Positions 24,101-37,510 of a stretch of DNA of 64,000 bases are shown piece after piece. Every line of letters begins with the position of its first letter. Position 1 is the stretch's first letter. The translations under genes and the position numbers were made by a program. Source of the stretch: Negaprion brevirostris (taxonomy: Eukaryota); the NCBI GenBank assembly GCA_030324005.1, contig JARDVH010000042.1, positions 48,843,185 through 48,907,184 of the forward strand, in the 5' to 3' direction. Under the pieces are notes generated by a model. It worked only from the letters and a program-made list of their open reading frames with translations, searched no databases and had not been told where the DNA came from.

Positions 24101-26539
24101 CTTTGCCACCCATTTCCCAGTCTCACAAGTTGTGAAAGTTAAACAATTAATAGAAAATTAGTGGAACTTTGAAAGCATCTAAAAATCAATAACCCCTAGT
24201 TATGTTCCAAGCACAGAAACGCCTTCAAGACTGGATCTCAGAGTCTTTTGGATTCCCGTAACATTTCTCCTGTTTCTAGCTTTTACCTTGTCTGCACATG
24301 CAAAGTCAAGCATTCATATGCCGAATTGGATTTGCATATATTGCTAGGTAAGATGAGAATTTCCCAGGAACTGCTTGTGCTTCAGCATCATAATTTTGTC
24401 AAATGTTCAGCCGTAACCCTGCTCACGTGTAAGCTGGATTTTAACTGCAGTTCCAGCAAAGTTACAGCAGTGGAATCCGACAGTGCCAAGCAAATTCACA
24501 ATCTATGTAATCTCAAATAAAGGTCAAGTATTTCTTTCATCTCCTTGAGTCTCATCTGAGGATAACTATGGCAACAATGCAAAGGCATCAATCACTCATT
24601 CTGTGGAGAAGGTAGAGCTACCTACTGCTCTTCCAAAAATCTCTCTCAGTGCTGGTCCGCAATGTGAATGTTAAGTGTTTCCCCTGTGCTTATTCATCTT
24701 TCCCTGACCAAATAATTAGGGGGAAAAAAACACCAGATCTATGCTGCTGTAGGAAAAGTGAAAGTGAAATCATGTTATATTTCTGTTTCCTGTATGAGTT
24801 ACTTACTCCACTGGGGTGGGGTGACTATGATAACATGAGGCCATGGCACATGGATTCACATAGTCCTGTAAATTCAAACATTAATCAAAGCTGAAACATA
24901 TCCCAACAAAGTAAACAACATGCATTGAAGCATACTCCTAAAATGCAGTTATATCAGATCATTAGCGATTGAAGACAGTATCAAAAACAGCTGCGTTTAG
25001 TCTTGGCTTGTGACACTGGCAACCACTGCCTCAGGCATGTCCCTCAGCTTAGCTCAAAAGTCAGTTTTTGCTTTTAAATAATTTAGCTATATTAAGTGCA
25101 GACGAAACTTGTTTTTGTTTTCTTACCACAAGGGAGTTGTACTGGGAAACTGAAGAAAAATTACGGCACGTATTGCTGTTGGCAACATGATCCCCAAATC
25201 ATTAGTTTGTTTGGTTTAAGTTAGGCTGGCCAATGCTTTTTTCCAAAAAAATTGCAGAATGTGAGTGCAAACTGTATTTTAAAAAGGGGTGCTGTTAAAT
25301 AGACCAAATATTTCACCCTCTGTGTTTCGATAGCATGTTGTTAACTTGAAAACCCAAGCACTATTTTGTTTGCCAATTACCTCAATTCTACTTCACTTCA
25401 CTTCAGAGAGTCACAGAGGTAAGCCATTTGGTCCACAGTACATGCAGTGGCTGTTTTAAAAGGATCTTTGGGAGAGGGAGATAAACCACCTTCTCGCTCC
25501 AACCAGTGCTAGTAAGACTAACTGAAAAGCCTCCAATTGATCAACTGCACCAACATTAACCAACAACCCAGCCTGTGATTGGTCCTGCTGATCTCTGTGG
25601 CTCAGCTATTCAGTGGAAAGAAACACTGTTCCAATGGGAGAACTAAATCATTTTTAAATGAATTTAAGTATGAATGTAGGCCTCTAGTTTTCTGCGAGTT
25701 GAAGTTTGCCTTCTTGAACAGCTACAGCCCCTAGCTGCCTCATATTTTCTCTCATTCAGTCACAAGCAGCTTAATTATGTCGATGATAACTGCTTCAAAC
25801 ATCCAGGACAGCATTCCATTCAGCAACGCTCAGCAAATGGCAGAGATCGTGTGATCAGACCTTGCTGTACGCTTTATAAACTGAAACAGTAAGCCAGGAA
25901 TACAGCCTCAAGAGCCTGACTTTTTATAAATACGAAGCCAACTTGTTTATTCTTTCAATCCAAATATAATGGCCTGGCAATACAGAATATTTCTGCATAA
26001 TGTGCTCAATTACACAACATACGAAAGCATGGAACCACTGGAGGGCCATTCTTTTGTACAAGCTGTGAGGGTCAGCATGGGCAAGTCAGGCCGAATGGCC
26101 TATTTACGTGCTGCATATCTCTATGACTTAGTCCAAGAAACCAAGCATGTGAAATTCAGAAATGGATGTAGGGATTTCAGTGGCCATTAAGCATGGTCAC
26201 TAGAATGTCATTAATGCAACTCATCACCTTGGGTGCATGTGTATCAACAAGAGGCTCAAAATGGATTCTTCCTCATACATTTTTAAAACATCATTCATGG
26301 GATGTGGACTTCACTAGCAAATCCAGCACTAATTACCTATCTCTAATTGTCCTTGAAAAGGTGATGGTGATGAGTTATCTTCTTGTATTACTGCAGCCTG
26401 TGTCACGTAGTTACATGCACATTGCTGGCATTACTTAAAGTAATCTATGTGTTTAAATCTAGCTTGTACATCTTAAAAGGGAAGCAAATTGTGGCTGGTG
26501 GAGGTACTGGAGTTCATTGTAAGCCAAATGTGTACTGGG

Positions 26540-26640
26540 AACATCAGAACATGTGGACACCTAGGTTTTGGGACATTGTGGAGGAGGTGGAAAACAGGAG
26601 AGATGTCCTGTATTGGCGGGGGGGGACACTCTGCAGACAC
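26540..26640 (+). mobile_element. Harbinger Myb/SANT-like ORF remnant embedded in an antisense LINE fragment (about 26280-26780)
   Basis: Peptide TPRFWD...EEVENRRDVLY resembles the start of Harbinger Myb-like DNA-binding proteins (PRF.D......V..RRDVL). Confidence 0.4.
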
Positions 26641-26854
26641 GTGTATAAATAGCAGTGACGATAGGTTATTGTGGTTGTCAATGACATGCTTCTAGTCCAG
26701 ATGATCTGCACACAGTGCTGCATAAAATTGAGGGACCTCAAATGAGTAGTCAAGGTCAGTGAATGTATCTTCATATGCCATAACTCAATTCACCACTGAC
26801 CCATCATCTCACCCATTACACCCACATCACATTCAATCATATTAAACAGCTCTG

Positions 26855-26995
26855 ACAAAACTTTGACAAAGGGTCATCTGGACTCAAAACGTCAGCTCTT
26901 TTCTCTCCTTATAGATGATGCCAGACCTGCTGAAATTTTCCAGCATTTTCTCTTCTGATTTCAGATTCCAGCATCCACAATAATTTGCTTTTATC
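26855..26995 (+). mobile_element. Penelope pseudo-LTR fragment (second family), hammerhead core decayed
   Basis: ttgacaaagggtcatctggactcaaaacgtcagctc...gatgatgccagacctgctgaaattttccagc. Related pieces at about 16405, 29755, 35066, 48226, 51530(-) and 53755(-). Confidence 0.7.
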
Positions 26996-27197
26996 CAGAT
27001 GGGGAGACATGCCTGAATGCTCTATCCCAGCATTTTTGAAATAGCTACTGCAGATAGCTGTTAGTGGCGGGGCTGAAATCAGTGGACATCTGTATTCTAA
27101 GAGACTTTCGGAGAGTCCTAGCGATCCGGCAGTCTGTCTTCCAGTGGGATTTTGAACAGTACAGGAAATAAAACAGATATGGGGAGGGGGTGGGGGG

Positions 27198-28007
27198 GGG
27201 GCAATTCTCCCAAAAAAATTCTAAGTGTTGAATTCGCATAAAACTGAAGTAAATCCCAGTGGTTTTCCAGCGAGATTTTCAAAATGAACCTCCCACACTC
27301 TGCGCATTGCAGAGTGTCTCCACGTGAGTGGGGCCCATTCCTAGTGGAGAGGCCGGCAGCATAGCATTGAGCAGGCCACTGTCAGCACCAAGATCAGTAC
27401 ATGCACAGTAGCCCTGCACTGCCAGTCTCCCATCACTGGCCAGCCCCATGAGCCCCACATTGCTGCCCCTCCAAACACCACCCCCACCCACCTGATTGCC
27501 AGCCTCTTGGACATATGTGGCCCAACCTCACCCCCCCCACCCCCCAACCTCACCCNNNNNNNNNNNNNNNNNNNNNNNNNNNNNNNNNNNNNNNNNNNNN
27601 NNNNNNNNNNNNNNNNNNNNNNNNNNNNNNNNNNNNNNNNNNNNNNNNNNNNNNNCGTGACCACATTAGATCTCACCCTTAGCATTGCCCAATGCCCGGT
27701 GGGCAGTTCCAAGGTGCCCCCTGGGCACTTTGCCCCTTGGGGCCATCAACTCCCCACTAGTGGAGAGTTATTGTAAACTCCATTGAAGTGAAACACTCCT
27801 GGCAGGGGGAGAGGCAAGTGGGCCTGGAGACTTCAGTCCTGGGCTTGTTAATGATATGGAAGTAATATTAAAATTAGTATTTTCATAATGTATGTAGCTT
27901 TGTGCCGATCTCTGGTGCGGAGCTGATGGCGCCAAGTCTCTGGAAGCTGGAATTCCGGTGCCATCAGCTCCGTGCCAAAGTAGCACATTGGGCTGGGAGA
28001 ATCACCT
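27198..28007. mobile_element. Non-autonomous Harbinger-type DNA transposon (about 0.8 kb, contains an N gap)
   Basis: GC-rich interior bounded by inverted gggcaattctccca ... tgggagaatcacc. Confidence 0.65.
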
Positions 28008-28019
28008 TCATGGTGTCAA

Positions 28020-28815
28020 ACAAGACACCTGGGTAAAGGAAAAATAACAACATATCCACAACATGGAGGGCGAGAGAACAGAATAACACTCCCCTTGTCC
28101 TCTCCCTCCACTCCCAACAGCCTCCACATTCACTGCACCATTCTCACTATATCCAGCGTTATGCCATACCAACACTTCTTTTCCTCCTATCCTCTTTCAG
28201 CAATACTAAAGGACTATTTCCTCATGATCTACATCATCCCCAAAACCCCCTTCCCTTCTGAGGGTACCTTCCCTTACAAGCACAGGAGATGTAAAAACTG
28301 CCCTTTCCCTTCTCCCATCCAAGCTCGAAACACTGGTCCCAGTATATTGTATCGCTGCTCACAAAGCGGTCCGCTCCTCCTTGGGGGACAAAAACAGATT
28401 GTGTGATGGCTTTACAGAACACTTTCTTTCAGCATGGGAAGGTGACCCTGAGCTCCCAACCACCTGATATTTTACTGTCGCACTGCTCCGATAAAGCTCA
28501 GAGTAAGCTCATTTTTAATTTTGTACTTCACAGCTTTCTGGACTCAACATGAATCTGACAATTTTAAATCCCAGTTCACCAGTGATTTGAAACCTTTCTC
28601 CCTTACGATAGTTAGTGGTAGTGATTCCGTCTCCCTACTTACTGTAAGTAGGGCGCCTCTTTTCTTTCTTTACTGTATCATTTTTATTCTATCATTCCTG
28701 TTGTCACTTTCCACCTCATCACAGACCCTGACTACCCTATCCCCCATTTCCCTGACTTGCTGAAAAACTGCTACATTTTTAAGCAACCCCTAATCTGACA
28801 AAAGGTCATCAGCCT
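28020..28815 (+). mobile_element. Penelope-like element 3' fragment (GIY-YIG remnant)
   Basis: gtatattgtatcgctgctcacaaagcggt...ttgggggacaaaaacagattg...tttacagaacac, a decayed VYCI.CSQCG..YIGETK..L..RF.EH. Ends in a pLTR start (tctgacaaaaggtcatc). Confidence 0.7.
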
Positions 28816-29043
28816 GAGCTGAATAGTGCAGAACCTGGATATTCCCACCCTGCCCTTCTGAGGCCAATGCCCCACCACTGCCTAGAGCCAACCTTCAAGG
28901 CCAGACAACCATCGACATCTCCTTTATAACCCCACTGCATGCTNNNNNNNNNNNNNNNNNNNNNNNNNNNNNNNNNNNNNNNNNNNNNNNNNNNNNNNNN
29001 NNNNNNNNNNNNNNNNNNNNNNNNNNNNNNNNNNNNNNNNNNN

Positions 29044-29365
29044 AGGTTTATAAAATGTTGAGAGGAATAGATAGGGTGGATTCTCGGAGGCTATTTCCCA
29101 GGGCTGAAATGGTCGCTACAGGTTTAAGGTGCTGGGAAGCAAGTACAGAGGAGATGTTAGGGGAAAGTTTTTCACTCAGAGGGCGGTGAGTGAGAGGAAT
29201 CGGCTGCCGTCGGTGGTGGTAGAGGCGAACTCGCTGGGGTCTTTTAGAAGACTCCTGGATGAGTATATGGGATCTAATGGCATTGGGAGTTACAGATAGT
29301 TCTATGGCTTGGTAGGTATAGATGTGGGCCGAAGGGCCTGTTTGTGCTGCAGTGTTCTATGTTAT
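29044..29365 (+). mobile_element. CR1 LINE 3' end (5' side lies in a gap)
   Basis: VYKMLRGIDRVD...RGDVRGKFFTQR..., tail gggccgaagggcctgtttgtgctg. Confidence 0.85.
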
Positions 29366-29524
29366 AGACACGGCCACACTTGATTTTTACAATGTCATTG
29401 TTTTTCAGAGAACAACTCCATTAAAGCACCCTCATGCTGCCCTTCCTGCCTCAACAGGACCCACCTCTCCCAGTGGGGCTGCCTGCCAGGTATCATTGTG
29501 GGTCTCTAAATGGTTGTAGCTCCT

Positions 29525-29622
29525 GACTCACTCACCTGATGAAGGATCAGCATTCCGAAAACTCATGATTCCAAATCAACCTACTGGCCTTTAACATGGT
29601 GTTGTGAGACTTCTCACTGTGT
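29525..29622 (+). mobile_element. Isolated Penelope pLTR fragment with a decayed hammerhead motif
   Basis: cacCTGATGAaggatcagcattccGAAAactc...tttaacatggtgttgtgagacttctcactgtg. Confidence 0.75.
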
Positions 29623-32230
29623 CCCTAATCGGACAGAGGCAGATTGTTAGTTCCACACTTCTGAAATGATCATGAATGTCTCACTAGGTTTGCGAGAAAG
29701 GATTCAGGCTGACTTCAGGATCACAATCCAATCAGGAAAATTCAGCCATTAATTTTGCATCTCTGCTACAAATGCTGCCAGATCTGCTGAACGTTCCACT
29801 ATTTTCTGTTTTTAAATTTACATTACTCTGCATCTCAAAGTTAGTGGAGCAAAATCTCCCAGAGTGCGTTCTTGATATTTGACCGACATGATGAGAGAAT
29901 CTCGACCAATTGGTCAAACAGAATAGAAAGGTACACCCTAGTTGTGATTTTCCAGCAAATAAGATCACCTGAAATCAGTAGGCAACTGGCAACAGGTGGA
30001 TGCAACACAACACAAGGATATGATCTATGTTACTCTAACATGTTTCTGGTGTTTTGGTACAGACCTGTAAGCTGGTTTCTGTGATGAATGCTGCATGGAA
30101 ACACATCAGAGTCAGATAATTTATAGAACAGGCATGGGAGGATGTAGGGGAACTTGGCTATTTCAGAATCTGAAAGGATGAGTCAAGTCAAGCAGGAAAT
30201 GCTTTTGCATTCATTTGCCTCAAATGAAGAAAATTTATATTTTTTGGGTTACTATCTTCAATTTATTCTAATCTAGAGGGAAATATTTTGCTGATGCTAT
30301 TACTATTTGCACTATTCATATTATATGACCCTAGCTTTAGGATTTTAATAAAACATTTTTTATCAAGTTAAACTACAGTAAAATTAAGTAGTTTTCATCA
30401 ACCTATGAGTCAAATGTATCTCTTGCAGATTTAATTAAATCACAAAGTTAGCTCTCAGCTGTATTAGAGGCTTCAAACAAAGAGTGGAGAAAGCACATTG
30501 CAAAAATACTCTGTCTGATTTGCCCAGTTGCTTTTCATGCTACACCAGGATGATGAGTGCATTTCCTGGAAGGGGTGTGAGACGTGGCATAGTGTGACTT
30601 GCTCACTGAGTCATCACAGTTAAGTGCATAGACAGACTGCTTGTATGCATGTAGCTCAAAGTGAATGGCTGATGTTCATTCTCGCTGCTCTGTGCTAACC
30701 ATGTAAATTGCCTCATGAAACCCAAAAGGATAACTTGATTGAAGTCACTCCAATCACATGAAAAGCGTTTCCATAATTACAATTTTTACTTCTGATTTCT
30801 GCTTCTATCTTTCATTAGCCTTTGGGGTTTTGTGCCAACAATTTCTGCACAGCACTAAAAATAAATTAAATTTAATTGAATTATTCCAAAGATCTTTGTT
30901 GTTTTTTAGCCACAAAGGGTAACTCTTGTTGTTATGCTTGAAAATAAAATACTACAGACGTTCGCAAGCTGCAGTCAGAAGTAATGAAACTGCTCTGTTT
31001 TGAATCGATTGTGACTGTACTCTCAGCAATGTACAGAAATTTTTGACACACCATTTCCCACGTCTTACAGTGGGAAATAGAACTAATTAAAGTTACTTTC
31101 TTCATGTGGTTGGAACAACTGCTTACACAGACCCCAATCTGCAGCCAGACAACCAATAGGATACATAATGCTCTGCTTCTAGGATGCATGGAAGCACAAC
31201 ACGAAGACCATAAGCATCGATTATTGGACCTGGGAATCACTAGCTGATGACAGAAGAAATTTCTGGTGTGATTGCCAAAAGTTCAATCAAAATTGCACTT
31301 TAGATATCATCAACATACATCAAGCAAGCTGAGGATGTTAGCAGCATCCAGAGACTGCACAGTGGATTTTGCATCACCAACAGTGGATATCAGATTGTTC
31401 TTGGGAGTAGAGGAGAGAAAAGAGGCAGTAATTACATTAGTGCTCTGGAGACAGGAGGAACACTCCTGATCGACTGGCTCCATGTGAGTGCAACTTTAAA
31501 AAGAATACTACATTCAAAGTGGCGGTCTTCAGTAGTCCTTTACATGGCTAGGCTGCAGAGAGAACCAAAAACAGGGCCTTAATGGTAATATATTATTAGG
31601 AGACATTATGAAGCAGATGTTAGGACCATCATTAAAATATGCCTCTTTTAGGGGTTGCCTGGGAGCCCTTTACATGGCAATCCAACATGGCATGTGACAT
31701 AATTCAGACTGTTCAGTGGAAGACAGCAACATCCTTTATGTCCTGAATTTTCACTCAAAAAGAGGCACAAGAGGAACCAATTTCAACCTCATTATGTTAC
31801 TTTGCAACTAACAAGTTTTAAGAATTGCTGAAAATCTTAATAGGAGAAAAGCCAAAGGAATGTTGGTCACAGCTGGGGCTGAGGGCTTCTGTTCCAGTGC
31901 CATCCTAAATTAAAGTGTAATTCTATCCTAGAGTACATTGGTGAAGTGGTAGAGTTAGTATTGCAAACTAACAACAACAAAACAGATCCTGAATAAATAA
32001 GAAAAGTCAAGCATAAGTAAAGAACAGTTGAATTCTTGAAATTCATTCTCCAAATCCCTAGCATCTTCATTACATCACTAATTTGCATTTTTGCCTTCAC
32101 CACTTTACCTGATAATAGTAACATTAATCACTGAAGACCAAACATAATTACAGTAATTGGCATCAGAATACAAAGGAAATGTTGATGGGATTGGAAGTTG
32201 TAATCATGTTCAATGTTGGGAAATAGAGAT

Positions 32231-33302
32231 AGTTATGCAAATTGTGGGAATATGGTATAACTTTAAGTTCACGTCTTGTTTGTATTTCTGGATTTGTATG
32301 TTAAGGAATCTTGAATTTTAGTTTCACTTTTAAAAATGACTGTATTTTTAATGAAGTTTTACAACTTTTAAAGTAGAGAAAACTTTGCTAGAGGCCCAGA
32401 TAAATAGCAAAAGCAGTTTCAGTTCATTTGATGATTCTGCTCGGAGGTGCAGGGGGCAGTTTGAGCCTCTTTCTGGCAGGACATGAAGAGAGAACGCAGA
32501 CAGCAGGCATCTAACTAAGTAACAGAAAGGTCTCAAAAATCAATGAGGGGGACAGAGGAAGTTCCAAGAAGACCCTCTAGTCAAACGGGAGAAACAGGAA
32601 TCTGGGAAAGATCCCATTCAGTGAAGTTAAGAGTGAGGAGTATAGGCCACAACAGGGCTACAAGGCGCAGATCCGAGATAATATGGACTTGTGAGAAGCT
32701 AGAGTTCCAAAGACATCCAAAGGTTAAGATTTTTTACTTAGGTCATGTGAAGCAGTAGTGGTTTATGCCATGGCCAGGTATTTGAGAGATTGCATGGAAG
32801 GTGAACCCTTGAGTGCATCTGACTGCTTCATGGCTGAGGAACATGGCAGAAGGAGAGTTTGAAACCCTGAAAGTGGATCCTGGTAAATACAGCCAGAAGA
32901 AAGTATCATTTGGGAGAAGATCTCAAGGCATGTTCTTTGATAACAGGGATTGGAAAATCTTGTGTGAAAGACAAAATTCTAGTGAAAACCAGTTAGCTCA
33001 GTGTGATAAGTGTCTGGGGGGAATTGGTAAGAACCTTGTATAAGTTGTTTGAGTGACATTTGCCACTTGGTTCCAGAGCGTGGAGCTTCTGACCACAGTT
33101 TGTCTATTGATTTACATGGACAGTGTACTTACCTAAGAATATTAGAGTGTAAGAAAGATGTTGTAGTTTGTCTAGTCTTATGAATCGACACATATCCGTG
33201 AAGGTATAATTGTAAACACAAAATAAAAGTTAGGATCTATCAAGCTGGATTTCACCCTGGGGTCTAACTTGTCCAGTAGGAACATCAGCTGGGATCATTA
33301 CA
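32231..33302 (+). mobile_element. Possible solo LTR (about 1.07 kb), decayed
   Basis: Purine-rich block with AATAAA near 33222, ending gggatcattaca. The 5' TG and a TSD are not recognisable. Confidence 0.35.
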
Positions 33303-34689
33303 GTAAACATTGAATGTAATGATTACTGTAAAACACCTTTTTACCATGGTCCAGTTTTTTTTAATCCGTTGTTTATTACCTTTAGGGTATTTTAGCTGAC
33401 CCTGCTGAACCAATTAATATGGCTCGTACAATGTTTCACACCAACCACTTCCACCACTTCCTTCTTCAACAGTATGAATAAGAGAAGCCACAGAGCTGGC
33501 GACCTTCACTGTGTGGTCAAACAAAATCAGCTCAATACATTTATGCTTTTTGTATCAAGCATTCCACCATGATCTTCAAAGGATTTAGCCCAGCAACCTC
33601 TTTCAACCAAATCAGCATGAGCACTTCCTGCAGTTTGAAATGTTTGCTTTTTAACAGCAGCACTCCAGAAATGCGCCTGTTGTGCTGAGATAACACTTAA
33701 TTAAAGAAGTAATATTAAAGCCATCTCGATTCTTTGGTCTTTTGTGATATCCTAAACCTTTCACACTTACCAATTTATTCTTGGTGTGTGCAACACATCA
33801 ATGTTGAGAGAAAAGGTTGTTCATTCCTGTCAAACTGAGAGCTAACAATCACATGTTCCAGCGATACTCAAATTTGTGAAAAAGTGGATATAAAATACAT
33901 CATAAAATAAGTGTATTTATGAGTACATCACAGGATCAGACAGTACTCTCTGACACTACATTACCCTTGTAATATCCTTCAAGCTGGTTACATGCACCTC
34001 AGTCCAGGGCTCTAAGAAGATCTCTCTATTGATTTATCAGTTTGAGGATGAGAGTTTAGACAGGTTCTCTTAACACCTGTAGATGTATCAATAGCTGGTT
34101 TCAGATGAATTTTATGCTGAGCTAATTCTTCCAGTGCACAGCTCTCGCACAGCTGGCGCCAACCCTCAAGTAAACATTGCAGGCTGTGGGAACACTTTCT
34201 AAAAAAAATAAGCTGAAGCTTTTTCCAAGCAGAAGAAATGAAATTTTCTTGTATTATTTTATACTTACTACCTACACTAACATAAAGAAGAACAATGCCA
34301 TACTTCAACATCAGGATAACCAGGTTAAATCTCAATAGAGAAACACAATAGTTACAGCGCAGGACGTCATTCAGCCCATGATGCCTTTCCTAGGACCAAT
34401 TTTCTAGTCCCACTTTCTCACCTTCTCCCCATAACCCTGAAGATTCTTCTTTTTAAGATAACAATCCAATTTAAACTGAGGAATGAGCAGCAGCTCTGGA
34501 AGGTCAAAGAGAGAAAAAGAGAGCATGGGGGAAGAATGAGGACCTGACTGGGTTAGTAGTAACAGTGGACGATAGATGTGAGACAGAGAAAGAAAACAGG
34601 GATAGAATGTGGTCCTGCCATGGTGTATTCCAAAAATAAATAAATAAGTGACATCACAGGACAATAAACCGTTCATCTACACAAGGAGC

Positions 34690-35325
34690 TGGGGCGGCAG
34701 TGGTCTAGTAGTATAATCCAGAAACTTAACTAATGTTCTGGGGACCCGGGTTTGAATCCCGCCACAACGGATGGTGAAATTTGAATTCCATTAAAAAAGT
34801 CTGGAATTAAGAATATACAGATGAACATGAAACCATTGTTGATTGTTGGAAAAACCCATCTGGTTCATGAATGTCCTTTAGGGAAGGAAATNNNNNNNNN
34901 NNNNNNNNNNNNNNNNNNNNNNNNNNNNNNNNNNNNNNNNNNNNNNNNNNNNNNNNNNNNNNNNNNNNNNNNNNNNNNNNNNNNNNNNNNNTGATCTTAT
35001 TGAATGGTGGGGCAGGCTCGAAGGGCTAGATGGCCTACTCCTGCTCCTATTTCTTATGTTCTTATGAAACTTGAAACGCTGGCTCTATTCTCTCCTCACA
35101 GATGCTGTCAGACCTGCTGAGATTTTCCAGCATTTTCTGTTTTTGTCTCATATATTGAACTGATCCTCTCTGCATCTTTTCTATAGCTGTAACACTATAT
35201 TTTACATTCTGTTCTACTACCCTGATGTACTTATGCATGGTGTGATTTGAATGGATAGCACACAAAACAATAATTTTCACAGTATCTTGCTACACGTGAC
35301 AATAAGAACTAAATCTAAATCTAAA
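34690..35325 (+). mobile_element. Repeat pile-up: tRNA-SINE 5' half (34690-34891), gap, CR1 tail (34992-35066), Penelope pLTR piece (35066-35145), Rex1/Babar-like LINE 3' end (35155-35325)
   Basis: The first three segments match other copies in the window. The last ends ...ttttcacagtatc...gtgacaataagaactaaatctaaatct. Confidence 0.7.
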
Positions 35326-35539
35326 GTCAAAAACCAAGTCAGGAATGATATCATCGATCTTGCACTGTCATGTGATCAACATCCTGGGATTCCCTTCCTA
35401 ACAGCACTGTGGGTGCACCTGCACCAGATGGAATGGAGTGGTTCAAGAAGGTGACTCATCACCATCTTCTCAGAGGAACGTTTTGCCAGTGATGGCCACG
35501 TCCCTTCAAAGAATACCAAAAACAGTCTTTGCAGGGAAC

Positions 35540-35812
35540 CGCTTCAATTCCAGCCTCGGCTGATTGTCTTTCTGGAGTTTGCACATTCTCCCTGTGTGGG
35601 TTCCCCCCCCGGCTGCTCTGGTTTCCTTCCACAGCCCAAAGATGCGTCGGTTAAGTTGATTGGTCATGCTAAATTGCCCCTTAGAGTCAGGGGGATTGTC
35701 AGGGTAAATATGAAGGATTATGGGGATAGGGCCTGGATGGGATTGTTGTCAGTGCAGACTCGATGGGCTGAATGACCTTCTTTTGTACTGTTAGGATTCT
35801 ATGATTCTATGT
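35540..35812 (+). mobile_element. HE1-type V-SINE, 5'-truncated
   Basis: ggagtttgcacattctccc...catgctaaattgccccttag...gattctatgattctatg. Confidence 0.85.
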
Positions 35813-36524
35813 TGCTGTGGAAACAAAGTGCAAACTCCTTGTCGTCACTGACAATTTCCCAAAACAAATGTGCATAATTTTGCATCAGAAGGAGTTCAAA
35901 CACTTTTCTGTGAAGCCTAATGTCTGGACTGTAGAATTGCTCAACATCTGGAGATGCCACACATTGACATCTAACAGAGTTTCCTCTGAGTTACATCAGG
36001 AACTTAAGAGAAATAAATTTTAGGTTACCGGCACTTAATCGCGCCAACTGTAAAGGAGACAATTTCTCTGCTCCACTGATTGTCAGATGAGCCAATGTTA
36101 AAACAGTGTCTGAAGCAAGTAAGCCAGCTTGTATATCAGCTGCATTAAGATAAGGCTGTCGCCAGTGGAATGGTTCTGCATTTAGAAACTGCACAGCAAA
36201 GTAGCAGCCACTTTGATCCCAGTGGTGACTCTCTCAATAGAAAGGGGGGGGGGGGGGGGGGACNNNNNNNNNNCCCCCCCCCCCCCCCCCCCCCCCCCCC
36301 CCCACTGAAGAATACAGCTGTCAGAAGCCTGAGCAATTCAGCACTTCCTGACTTCAAGCCAACCACTCTCCCAGCTCATCAACAACCTCCAAACTTATCA
36401 TTACAACCAAAGGTATGTTTTGAGGCATATATTGTCCTGCTTGACAGATAGTTTTACTGGTATCCTTTACCAGTTTCAGGGACAAGGAGAAGAAATACAA
36501 GAAGTCTGCAGTTAACCAAACTCC

Positions 36525-36888
36525 ACAGAACCACAGAATTGCTACAGTGCAGAAACAGGCCATCCAGCCCATCGAGTCGGCACCCACCCACTGAAAGAGC
36601 ATCCCACTCAGGCACTCCTCTCTGCCCTATTTCCATAACCCCATGCATTTACCTTGGCTAATCCTCCTAACCTAGACACCTTTGGACATTAAGGGGCAAT
36701 TTAGCACGGTCAATCCACTTAACCTGCACATCTTGAGACAGTGGGAGGAAACCAAAGCACCTGAAGGAAATCCACACAGATGCAGAGATAATGTGCAAAC
36801 TCCACACTGGCAGTCAGTCCCCCAAACTGGGAATCAAACCCCGGACCCTGATGCTGTGGAGCAGCAGTGCTAACCACTGTGCCACCTT
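36525..36888 (-). mobile_element. HE1-type V-SINE, full length
   Basis: Ends gcagcagtgctaaccactgtgccacc (reverse tRNA head), with reverse V-core and tail. Confidence 0.88.
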
Positions 36889-37183
36889 GCAGGAATTCAT
36901 CAAGTGAATTCCAATTACACTTTTTTTATTGCTGTAATAGTCGACTGGATTAGATTGCAATCATGTTGGCTGCCACGGCTTTCTACCTTACTATCAACTA
37001 GGGTGCAGGCTGTTATGGGTGTTTGGACTGCAATGCATTTCTGCGAAGCGCAAATAAACAAATCCAAAAATCCTCTGAAGCTGGTGTTATAGAAATTCTA
37101 GCTCATGGCAGCATGGAATTAGTGCAGTTTGGACAAGGGAAGCATTTCAGGTGGAACAGATTTTGAGCAGGTTCCCATCTTTT

Positions 37184-37510
37184 CATAGAATTACAGAATC
37201 TCGGCAGTACTGAAGGAGGCCATTCAGCCCATCAAGACTGCACTGACAATGATCCCATCCAGGCCCTATCCCTGTAACCCCATATATTTACCCTGCTAAG
37301 CACCCTGAGACTAATGGACAATTTATCATGAATGTATCAGACCACTTAAATCGCACATCTTTGGGCTCTGGGAGGAAGCTGGAGCATCCGGAGGAACCTA
37401 CACAGACACGGGGAGGATGTGCAAACTCCACACAGACAGTGACCCAGGCCGGGAATCAAACCTGGCTCCCTGGTGCTGTGAGGCAGCAGTGCAAGCCACT
37501 GCGCCACCCT
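37184..37510 (-). mobile_element. HE1-type V-SINE, full length
   Basis: catagaa...gaaggaggccattcagccc...gtgcaaactccacacagacagtgaccc...gtgaggcagcagtgc...cactgcgccacc. Confidence 0.9.

Noticed and set aside
26861-26897. Functional hammerhead in the second pLTR family copy
   Set aside because: Core mutated (CUGACGA to UUGACAA, GAAA to AAAA), so kept only as a repeat.
31290-31335. Minus-strand MYVDDI (RT-like motif, or SLCO exon-3 YVD)
   Set aside because: Immediately followed by a stop, with no flanking RT or OATP context and no splice sites.
36244-36303. Poly-G / poly-C inverted tract and the resulting poly-Gly and poly-Pro ORFs
   Set aside because: Homopolymers abut a 10-N gap, so lengths and orientation are unreliable assembly output.
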